From Eremomyces bilateralis CBS 781.70 (taxonomy: Eukaryota), in the NCBI GenBank assembly GCA_010015585.1, contig ML975187.1: a stretch of 64,000 nt of DNA; one strand, given 5' to 3'. The position numbers and the translations under genes were made by a program. A model generated the notes under the pieces. It saw nothing but the letters and a program-made list of their open reading frames with translations, was not told the origin of the DNA and did no database searches. Below are positions 52,901 through 63,097 of this stretch, piece after piece. Each line of letters opens with the position of its first letter. Positions within the stretch are counted from its first letter, which is position 1.

Positions 52901-53798
52901 GATGTCTCCATATGATTTGATCGAATTATAAGTATCGGTGTCTTAATTTTAGGATCTCATGTAAGACAAAAAGTGAATGACGGAAAGGCTCGAGCTCAAA
53001 GAGTTCGAGAAGATACCTTTATACGAGCAGGAGAACTTCATGTTGAAGGGTCACGAGCCGTTTCAGATGCACCGCCTGACCCACCCGGCCGGGGGTCTTC
53101 GGCTGCCCTAAGAATCACGATGCGGAGTTTCATGATAACTTCTAGGACACAACAATCATATTGTGCTTCATGTTTGACGTTTCCTATCACATAGTGTTTG
53201 AATGGAACATGGATCTCCAAACATATGGCTTTCCTTATCAAACTCACTTCTCGAGATACAGACATATGCTGGTACCGCTTAGTCATCCTCCATATCCATA
53301 AGGGCTGGTGAGATTTCTCCCTCACGCTAATAATGGTGGAAATTAATTGCTCAATTGGGCCTAGCGTGCAATTTCCTTCGTCCTCGCCTAGTTAGGGACA
53401 ACTTCAATTGTCAATAGTTATTCAATTTATTCCTTCTCTTACAGACCTCAGCATGGGGAATATCGCCCCTCCTCCAGGTAGTCTTCACATGTCCTATGAA
53501 GAAGCCTACAATGCTCTCAAGATCTATGGTATGCAGCATGGTTACGGCTTCGTACTCAAACGGAGCAACCCTCACGGTTCTGATATAAAGACGCGATATT
53601 ACTATCAATGTGATCGGTCCGGAAACTATCAGTCAAGAGCAAGGATTCTAAGCACAAGCACACGCATAATAGGGTGTAATTTTAGGCTTGTCATATTCAA
53701 GAACAAAAATGACGACCAGTAGAAGCTAGAGGTGCTACACAAACATCATAACCAACCCCGGTCGCTTAACCCTAGTACGCATAATGTCCAACTAACTA

Positions 53799-54222
53799 AC
53801 GTATTCCACAAGCGAGTGGCCCATACAAGCGAGTGGCCCAGCTCATTTTACTAGTAAATTCGACAAAATTCGATATCAATATCTCAACAACCACTGGATA
53901 ATATAGTCTGAAAACTTAGAGTTAGGTTTTCCTAGCCATTTCTAGCTTACTATTGAAATATTAAAGCCCTAGCTTTTACAGGTATAGAGATACCTACTTC
54001 TTGGCAAGATTTAGAGACCAAATCTCTATACCTTTATAACTATAAAAGATAAAGCTCTAAGATTCTAATAATAAGCTAGAAATCGATAGGAAACCCTAAT
54101 TCTAAGTTTTCAGACTATATTACCCAGTGGTTGTTGAGATATTGATATCGAATTTTGTCGAATTTACTAGTAAAATGAGCTGGGCCACTCGCTTGTATGG
54201 GCCACTCGCTTGTGGAATACGT
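53799..54222. mobile_element. Fold-back MITE of Fot1/pogo type (424 bp)
   Basis: 99-bp perfect TIR starting ACGTATTCC with a doubled ACAAGCGAGTGGCCCA; imperfect pairing continues to about 190 bp per arm; TA on both sides. Confidence 0.95.
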
Positions 54223-54402
54223 TATCGTAAGCGTATATTAGTAACCATAGAAAGATATAATTAAATCAATGACACATGCTAGGGTACGGCCGATGCAGAT
54301 AATGGCTACTATTCAAAAGGAGGATCCGAACACGCTAGTATCTGCTACCGATATTCGCGGCGAGAGGAAGGCAATTAGAGAGAAGTACTTAAATGGGAGG
54401 AG

Positions 54403-54622
54403 TGTTATGGTCTCAGGCCTGTGGCCTGAGCCCTTGGGTGTGGCTGGTGGATTGCATAGGGATTATCAGAAAAGCAAACATAGTTACACTGCATTAGGGC
54501 AGCAGAGGGGAGAGTCGCTACTTCACGCACAAAGGCGCCAGGAGATTCTCTCTTTCCCTCTCTCTTCAGTTTAGATTAATGGAACTTGGTAATCGCAGAT
54601 CTTGCGCATCCAAACCGTGTCA
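54403..54622. mobile_element. Solo LTR (220 bp)
   Basis: TG...CA ends with 5-bp TSD AGGAG (54398-54402, 54623-54627). Removing it restores the transposase frame NGRSPIKTLLD. Confidence 0.9.
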
Positions 54623-56427
54623 AGGAGTCCGATTAAGACATTATTAGATGGCCTGTCTACGCCGAAATAGGTCTTTACTATTAAGAAGGATGCGGATAAT
54701 CACGTATAAAGTCTCTTCTTTGCCCACCAGAAGCAGAGAATTGCTAAGCACCGGGCTCAATTTATGAAACGTTAGAGTCAGGTATGCTCCCCGCTAATAG
54801 CCTAAGAGGCGTTTCTAGAAGGCTTCCGGGAATGCCTCTTATAATTCTTTTATGGAACTGACTGGAATAGCTTGTCTACGCAAAGAGTCTATATACATTT
54901 AAGCTAAAGTGGAACGAGTTACTCAAAGACTATGTCGACCAGCGAGAACTTTGCCAATACTTACGTGACAATTAATGGCATATACGTACCGAGTGGGCAG
55001 CTGCTTAGACGTCTCAGCATCGACACTATAATATAATCATAACCTCTCCTGGTGAAGGAATGCATAAGGTATTGAAGGACTACCTTATGGCTTCAACAGG
55101 CGACTTGCTGCGTGTTGTTAGAAGGATTAAGCAGATAGTTAAGAGCCAATACAATAAGTATAAGAAACAGATTGCTTCTTCTAAACACAGCATTAAATTC
55201 GAGCACAGACTAGAGTCAATGCCATTCCTATCTCCCGGCATTTATAACATCCTTACACCAGCGGCAATTGAACGCATTAAACAATAGGATCTATTACGCC
55301 AGAAGGAGCAAAGACAACGCCGTAGCGGGCGTCCTTGTTCTGGCCTCTTTGAGAAGATAAACGGTCTTCCATGTCATCATACGCTGCGAGATGTAATAAA
55401 TTCTGGATCGACATTACGACCAAATCACCTTTACGACGATCATTGGCGCTATTAACGTGAGCAAGGACGGTCAATAAGCCTCTCTCCAAGGCCATATCAA
55501 TCTATCCTAGAGTCGCTTCCTGCTTAAACAAGAAGTGCACCGAGGAAGAACGAGGCATCAACTCGTCGAGATCCATCAGCTTTTGAACGACGTGTGCCAC
55601 CTTCTATCCCTCAATTTTAGCCTCCTCCTCAACCTCAGGGTCAAACACTTGCTGAGGTCTTACGACACCTAAACACCTCTGTCGCTGTGTTAATTCCTAC
55701 ATCTGCACTAGCTACGAACACTATAACTACTTCTATATCTGTGTCGGTCCCTACACCTACTCCTATATCTTCCCCTACTCTATCTTATTTGTCTTCACCT
55801 GTCTCTGTTACAGTGTCTGTCACTATGGCTTAATCCCCTCTACAGACTGCTTGGCAACCTCCGACGTTGGAAGAGTTCTTTACTGACATCGAACGTCGAC
55901 GGCTTCAGCCTCTTCCGCATAACAGCAGTGACTTTGGTACAGTGACCAATTTTTTGGCAGAGACAGGGCAGGAAAGGGACCGGGCAGAACTGATCGAAGC
56001 ACGAAATATGGCTCTCGCTACAAGCGGAGTATATGCTTCCTGCACCCCAACAATGGCATGGAATTATCACTTTGGAGATATGCAAGCTTTCTACGCCGCA
56101 AAATTTGCACAAGTCGATGCTCAAAATCCTCTTTTTGGGTCTGGGGATGTGCGTAGACAGCGTCCTAAGCGTGCTGCAGCAGAGACGGTTTCAAACGCTT
56201 GGAAAGGACTTAGCCCGCGCAAGAGACAGCGACGTCAGTAGAAAGAAGATAGGCCTAATAAGGAATACATTGAAACATTGAAGTTCGTTCGCAGAGGAAA
56301 ATGGGAAACTGCGCGCTAGGCCCAGTTGAGCAATTAATTTCCACCATTACTAGCGTGAGGGAGACATCTCATGCAAAGGAGAAATCTCAAATACGAAGGG
56401 AGAAATCTCACCAGCCTATCCATAACC

Positions 56428-57495
56428 TCAACGACGAGTATTAATCGCGTTGTGTGCATCCAACGTGTTAGAAATCTCCTCGAGAGAGTCCCATTCTTCC
56501 CTCGTCCAGTTGTTTGAAGCCCTCATACCCTGAACGCTTCTCCATATCTCGCGGAAGATCGCATCCGACTTGCGCTGCAACTGGGCCCGTCGGGTCTCTT
56601 CGCCCCGCCTCGACCCCCAGATCTCCATGTCCAATTCGTACTTCCGTCTCAACAAATCGGCACATCGCGCGATGCCTTTGGCTTTTGCGGCCGCTGCCTT
56701 TCCATCTTCTTCGTGTCCCGGAGGGTACAGCGGCGGCGGCGGCGGTTGTGCCCGGTTGCCCTCCGCGTTCTGACCGTAAGGCGCGTTGTAAAATGGCTCC
56801 AGATCCGCCCCCGATAACCCGCCTTTCTTCTTCTTCGGTCGGAGTTTGGTTAAGGCTTCAAACATCATGAAGAGCCCGAACGTTCCTAACACTGAAATGG
56901 AGGCCGAAATACCGTGCACAAGGGATATGATGGACGTTCTAATGGTGTCGACTTGGGTTCTTCCGGCCCCTTCAACGACGATACGGCAATCTGAGGCCGG
57001 ACAGGCTTGAGGTGCGTCGCAAATATTCGTCAGAGATATATTTGATCGATATGGTGGACTCGGCGGTTCCTGGTAGTAGGAAGAATAGTTATAATACTGT
57101 TGACCCTCCAGCCCGCTCAAAGGTAATCCGCCGCAAGAATACGGCAGCGTCCAGGCTTCCACGACACTGTTCGTGATCGACGTGTTAACCCGTCCTTGGA
57201 TGGCGACGAGGTTGGCTGGAAAAGGTTCCAGACCCCATCGAGCAGCGGTGATGGATAAAGCGAACAGTGGAGAAATGGAGCTGTGGTTGATGAATTTCCA
57301 AGCTTCCATCACGATCGCTGTCGCGCCAAAGATGCCTGACCGACAGGAATCCTTTTTTTTAGATTATCGTCGAAATCTTCCCAGGCCTCATGATGCGAGA
57401 AAAGGCCATACAACTACATGGGCGTTTGGAGATTGGGGGCAGTGCTTCGGTGCGAGGATACGAGGCAAGGCTGGAAGCCACCGATGCATTTTCAT
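56428..57495 (-). CDS. Putative single-pass membrane protein: Cys-containing ectodomain, TM, cytosolic helical C-terminal domain
   Basis: 294-aa ORF with hydrophobic IISLVHGISASISVLGTFGLFMMF, then KKKK, PPPPPLY and CADLLRRKYELDMEIWG...SDAIFREI. The upstream exon from ATG 57495 is tentative. Confidence 0.6.
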
Positions 57496-57876
57496 TTGCT
57501 AACGAATGCAGGTTTTGGCTTTAGATGTGCAGCAAGGCAGTCCACAGCCTTTCGACCGGAAAGCAGAGCAGCTCCAAAAGGCATTGAGACTTATAGTAAG
57601 CGCTACGTAATCTTGGACAGTGATTGATGTCGCCTTGAAACCGACTACGCTGGACAAGATTGCGATGTTGTTGAAGCTACGCCTTTGCTTTCGGTCGTGT
57701 TGTATAGTTTTATTATGGGAAGACTTCACTCGGATTGGGAACACGCGCGGAGTCTAGGCTACGGTGGCCTCGAACTGATCAACGGACGCGAACTGAACGG
57801 AAGAAGCGATTCCGATTGAGATAATTACATTGTAAGTTTCTTGGAACCAAACGGTGTCCTCGATCGAGTTAGTACT

Positions 57877-60523
57877 CTACATTTTATTGTTACCCTTTAG
57901 TCCTGTACGATATTTTCTTTCCGTCACCCCATTGCGCTTTATTCGACAGACAACCTCATCAGAGACTTCAATCTCTGCAACAAGATCCACGGTTAAGTAA
58001 TACCCGTACCCTTTTGCTTTCTTCTGTTCTCGAAGTTCATATCGTGGTATCGCGCCCATGTTTACCACCAAGTTCTTGATTTCATGGTTACCTAGAGCGA
58101 TCATCAGTATTCAGTTAACAATCCACGACCTTGACAACACGCTGACGCCAATTGGCAGACGCAACAACTTGATGAGCATTACGACTTACCATTTTTTAAT
58201 TCTGAGATGTTTGCTGGTGCTTCAGGAAGAGTGGTCGCCACGAAAGTCACACTCAGCTCATACCCTTTCTTGTGTTGATTCTTCGATGTGTGGCCTTCTA
58301 TAGGTATCGATGATTTGATCGGCGAGCCAGGAATGATGACATCGCCTCGTTTCGCGGCCCATATTATCTGACCCGGAATCAGCTTCCTGAGGTGAAACCG
58401 ATCGTTGACGGCTTTCCCATCATCATGCTCCGGCCTCCAGTCCTCGTAAAATTCACTGAGGCAGATGCCATAATGTCTCGGGCAAAATTCGACTTTGGTA
58501 GCCACCTCAGAGCCGATCCCCATCCCCTTGAGAAGGGCGCCCTGAACGACCGCGGTCCAGCTAGATGATCTGAGTAAGCAGCGGCCTACGCATCGGATGT
58601 TATTGTGCTTGCCAGTTGTCTGCTCTTTGGACTCCGATATGAGCAGTGCTATCAGCATACTCCTTGACCTTCTTGTAGAGGTATGGATTTTGAGCGAAAC
58701 CTCCAGACATAAATATATTCTGGGAGTAATGAGCATCTCAGGTGCGGGTAGATCGCATACACCCAACTTACTTCTACACGCAGGTACCCCTGGGGACGTC
58801 TTTTCATTTCGACGTTCCTCACTTGCCGTCTGATCATACCGATGGTCGTGTTTACGCTCTTCTCGAATATGTGTTCGAGGTCGGAACTACAACACGGCTT
58901 AGTAGTTAGATAACGATTCGGCGACAATGTAGCCTTACTGCGAGAGCTTAACGACTCCATCTTTTATGGCAAACTTGTGGGCTTCGGCAGGCTTCAGTGT
59001 ATGGAGCCTGTTGTCTGCATCGCGATATGTCTGAGGGAGCTGTATGTTTCCCTTGTCGGTGCTGTCGAACGCTTCTTTGACTGGCTTGAAGCGCTTGAGG
59101 AGGAGGCTTGTCAAAGGAGAGAAAACAGAGTGCCCTCCAGCCGTTACATCTTCCGAAAATAGGTGTACATTCGCTAACTTTGGCTCCAGCCACTCTAGGA
59201 AAGCCCTGTCGACAAAAGTTGCGCCGCATCGACTCTCGGATCCTGCTCACTGATAAGTATTTGTGCATATTGTTGCGCGCGATCTTACCGTCGTCTTTTT
59301 CAATCAAGGACAGCTTAAAAGGATCGATATTCTCAACACAGTATGTTGCGATATCCTCATACAGACGTTAGCTTCGTCGTTGACCCGGACGAATGTCATC
59401 CTAAGTATGGGTACTTACCACAGTGCCCCCGCCGGCATCAACAAGCACGAAGCATTCACCCTGAATTCATCAGAACCACTATTTATTCATAAAGAGACGA
59501 AAATCCCACTTCGATGACTGATGGGTGGCTTTTCGCCAGCATATCTTGAGTAGTGGACAATGCACATGCTTCTGGCTCCTGTACAACATAGAAGTCTCGG
59601 ATATGCGGGAAGAGACCTTTATGGCAGGCATGTCTTACTGCAGTGATGGTTGCATTAAGAGCATGGTAATCCCATATCTAGAAGATGTCAGTCGAGCGGA
59701 AACCGCTTCTCAGCGTGAGTATACAGAGCAAGCATGAACGTACGAGAGGGTGAGTCACGACGATGTCGAGAGGAACTTCACGAAGAGCTTCCCTTGCTGT
59801 CGCCATCATGTGTGCACGCCATTCTTTGGCAACCTTATCCAGGTAATCCTCAATGATCTCTCCCGCGTTCTTCCTCAAATGCTTCGGGAGTTCATAGTCT
59901 CGATTCCCGCTTTCTTGAAATTGCTGCAAGAGACTCAGGCCTTTCAGGAGATTTCGCAGCACCGCCAACTCTGTCTCTGGCGACTGAAGCATTAACTCTA
60001 ACTTGGTCCAGCGCAGGATCAAGGAGTCTTTGTCCATCGAGTAGCCCCATTGCTTTTCTCGGTTTTTCGCCGCCGAATAAGAGAACTCCGATGGCACTTT
60101 CTCTTGGTTCTCCTCTACCTCAGTTACACCTGGCCAGCGCGGGAACACGGTGATGTCCTGAATTGAGCTCTTCACAAGAGCATCATCTTGCTGGACCCAT
60201 GCTACTCCTGGGAAGTCCGGTGTCAGATTATGAGCATTTCGCTCTGAAGAGGACTCACCAGTGAAAGTTGTTCCATAATCTATGCCCAATAGGACCCTCG
60301 GGCCCGGTTTCAGTCCCTCCAACGGTGCTGCAGTTTCCGAGTCCTGGGGTTTCGGCTCCTGGGCTCGTCGTCGCACAGGCATGTCATTAAATATCGAGCC
60401 TCTTTGATGTCTGGTTGACTCCGACGCGTTAGCCACTCGATGTCTTTGCGCTTCCTCCTGGCCATCTCTCCCTCGCCCTTCTCTTCGTTCGGCATCCCTC
60501 TCTCTTACCCGTGGAGAGTCCAT
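57877..60523 (-). CDS. Atypical Hsp70-family (HSPA12-like) actin-fold ATPase, about 10 exons
   Basis: LLGIDYGTTFT|GVAW, KVPSEFSY, VVTHP, EPEACA, FVLVDAGGGTV|DI, CGATFVD, SGGFAQNPYL, WTAVVQGA, CPRHYG. An open spliced frame can be reconstructed, including one GC-AG intron. Confidence 0.88.
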
Positions 60524-60915
60524 TGTTTTGATGGTGTTAGGAAATGGAAAAGCTACGGGAAGCAGGTAGGAAATGGGAAGTTGCCATCGACCAGCCTTGT
60601 CAGCCAGGAAGAAGAGCTGTTTAGGCGGCCTCGGTGTAGAACCTAGTCTAGCCTTGCCGCGAGACCCAGAAACCTTTTCTCGTGTACGCATCATATCGGC
60701 TGTAATGGCAAGGCTGAATTTTCATGCTGATGCACTGCCCCAATCAAGAAGCAACCAAACTGCCAGGTCATAGGTAGGCTCTGCATAACAAATGATTGAT
60801 AAGTGTGAAGGATAAGGCTGGACTAGCTACCAGCTCAATTCGGTTTCAACTACGATACCCTCAAGCTCACCGGTCAACCGTTCTCGACAAGCTATCTTCC
60901 GTGGCTCTCTAAAAA

Positions 60916-62253
60916 ATGGACTTATTACACTGGAGAAAGGACGAGAGAAGTGCCTTGGATATCAGAAGAGACTACAACTCACGAATCCAGAGGTTCTTCC
61001 AACAGGTGGAGGTCAATCTAGATTCTTTTATCGGCGAGGGGGACTCTCTGGAGAAGCTATTCCGATGGAGCGCCAGCGTCAACAGCGCGAGACGATATCT
61101 CAGTAATCGCCTTTCCACTGAACAGAGGAATTGCGATATTGCTGAGGAGGAGCGGGACAGGTTAAGGGCCCAGCTTCATGAAGCAAACCAAGAACTATGC
61201 GGCCTACACAGCGAAATCAAACAGTTGGTCCTGGATCATTCCGATGCACTTGATTTTGAGAAAGCAGCCCGCAGGAACGAAGTAAATAAAATCAAGCAGG
61301 AGTACAAGGACGAGACGAATAGACTAAAGGGACAGCTCCTTGTGAACCAGGACGATTTCAAGCGATGGCCAGACGACAAACTCAAGAGCAGGTTCAAGGA
61401 GTTACAGATACTGATCAGTAATATCACTGATCCGGGCAGAGTTGAACTGCGAGTTCCAAGAGGTCGGCCACTCGATATCGATTTCGACCCGACTGGATTT
61501 TTAGCTCGCGCTGGTGGGGAGAGGGCGCATGTGCTGTTCAAAAGCATCATCTGGGTGATCCTTGACGAGCACTTCTTCTCCTTACCGTATGGCTTTGGAG
61601 TTCTCGGCCCAGCGACACCAGAAAATACACTATTAGGGGCATATGGATCGTGGTATACTGCTCTAGGAGGGAAAGTTGAACCACGTAAGTCTCCTATGAC
61701 TTTTCTGAGGTGCTCCATAACGATGGCAATTCTAATGGGAATTCTAGTTCCTTGCATTGCCGAAGGCCTCAAAGTCTTCCACACTGACCAACTGGCAAAC
61801 GGCTGGAGGTCCGCAACCTTCCAAAGCCTCTACTCAGCTATCGTCAGTCCAACAGCCTCCAACGCCACCGCAGCCCAAAGCTCTGCGAACATTGACGCGG
61901 CGGTGAAGCGAATATCTCAATTGTTCACGGCAGCCTCGCAGTATTTCTCCAACCCGTCTCCAATACAAGATCCTGAAATCCTCCAAGCAGCGAGACTAGC
62001 GCGAGATATCGCTGTTCAGTTTGGTGTGCATCCCGCTCACCTACGGCTTGTGATACCTCAGCATACCGACCGAGTGCAGATTGGAAGCAACTACCACGAT
62101 TATCGTAACGGACCAAGTGACATCGGATCTCTGGTTACAGTAGACTTGGTGACACTGCCAGGTTTGCAGAAAGTCGGGAATGGGAGGGGCGGTTTGCAGG
62201 GTGTCCTGACAATTGTACCTTGTGAAATCTGCACTCAAACGGACGCGGAATAG
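60916..62253 (+). CDS. Coiled-coil protein with GrpE-like C-terminal beta region (function inferred)
   Basis: 445-codon ORF including an in-frame 63-nt intron 61685-61747; heptad-rich N-terminus, DDKLKSRFKELQILI, WRSATFQSL, VTVDLVTLPGLQKVGNGRG...TIVPCEI. Confidence 0.7.
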   Translation: MDLLHWRKDERSALDIRRDYNSRIQRFFQQVEVNLDSFIGEGDSLEKLFRWSASVNSARRYLSNRLSTEQRNCDIAEEERDRLRAQLHEANQELCGLHSEIKQLVLDHSDALDFEKAARRNEVNKIKQEYKDETNRLKGQLLVNQDDFKRWPDDKLKSRFKELQILISNITDPGRVELRVPRGRPLDIDFDPTGFLARAGGERAHVLFKSIIWVILDEHFFSLPYGFGVLGPATPENTLLGAYGSWYTALGGKVEPRKSPMTFLRCSITMAILMGILVPCIAEGLKVFHTDQLANGWRSATFQSLYSAIVSPTASNATAAQSSANIDAAVKRISQLFTAASQYFSNPSPIQDPEILQAARLARDIAVQFGVHPAHLRLVIPQHTDRVQIGSNYHDYRNGPSDIGSLVTVDLVTLPGLQKVGNGRGGLQGVLTIVPCEICTQTDAE

Positions 62254-63097
62254 GCCGCTTTACTCGGCTGGCTTCATTAAACGGTTTCGTAGGCCGTGCG
62301 ACAGGAGCCCGGAAGTTCCAATTGTGGAGCCTTGATGATGGATAAGGACTCCATAGATGTTGGGAATACCTACGTACGGCCTATCCTAGTTCAATTGTAG
62401 GTATGGTGCGTCCAAGAGAGTGGTGGGTTTTCCTGACATTTCCTCGTCAATATTGTTTCTAGACAACAGTCCGAGAAGCAAATCATCGTTTGATATTAGA
62501 TATCCACAGAAAAGAGGCTCCATATTGTGACTATATTTCTGCTTTGACCGGAGCAAACCAGAGGCAAGCAGTACTGGAACTGAAGCGGCATTAACCACCT
62601 ATCCTTCTGAAAATTTGTCCAATCTCAGGCATGGACTATCAAGATGCCGTTTATGCAATTATGTTTACTTGTAATACATTTTTTTAGCAAAATACACGGA
62701 AATCAGTAGATCATGCCGAGTAGATCATATCACTGATTTCCTGAAGGCTGAGTGCCTTGCAGGTAGATTTTAGACACGTCACTATCACTATGGTACCATT
62801 GCATGCGGCTGAGAAGGCGTTCTGAATCTTTCATCGACAAATTAACACCTTCTTTTGGCCGCAAGCGGCCTCGCTGGTTAGGTCTAGACTTTTCTGGTGT
62901 TCAAATGCAAGCCTTCGGAGAGACAAGGCTAGTAGGTACGGAGGGATGAGGCTGAGCTTCCCAATCTTTGACCTCTCTGGCTTTCCGGCATACCCGGGCT
63001 AATAATATGGTTTATGAGAAAGTCATAAGTTCTCATTTCTCTCGTTTCGGTGCCCGCCAATGGACTGCCGGAAATCTGGTGTTGCTTATTAGTCCCA

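Larger units (their letters stand above)
53453..56241 (+). pseudogene. MULE transposase pseudogene
   Basis: FAR1/WRKY-like domain (HGYGFV...YYYQCDRSG...GCNFRL...HHN), TSPGEGMHKVLK, SWIM-like CSGLFEKINGLPCHH. Many TAG/TAA stops at apparent Trp/Gln positions; the core Asp region appears deleted. Confidence 0.88.
53302..56416 (+). mobile_element. Degenerate Mutator-like element (MULE) with nested insertions
   Basis: TIRs 53302-53376 and 56304-56416 (GGCTGGTGAGATTTCTCCC...); 9-bp TSD TATCCATAA at 53293-53301 and 56417-56425. Confidence 0.92.

Noticed and set aside
53807..53840. Direct repeat ACAAGCGAGTGGCCCA as CRISPR-like
   Set aside because: Two adjacent copies inside a MITE TIR, no spacers, eukaryotic context.
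60698..60709. GGCTGTAATGGC resembling the fungal SRP RNA 5' end
   Set aside because: No helix-8 motif or poly-T terminator follows, and a full-length RNA would run into the CDS at 60916.
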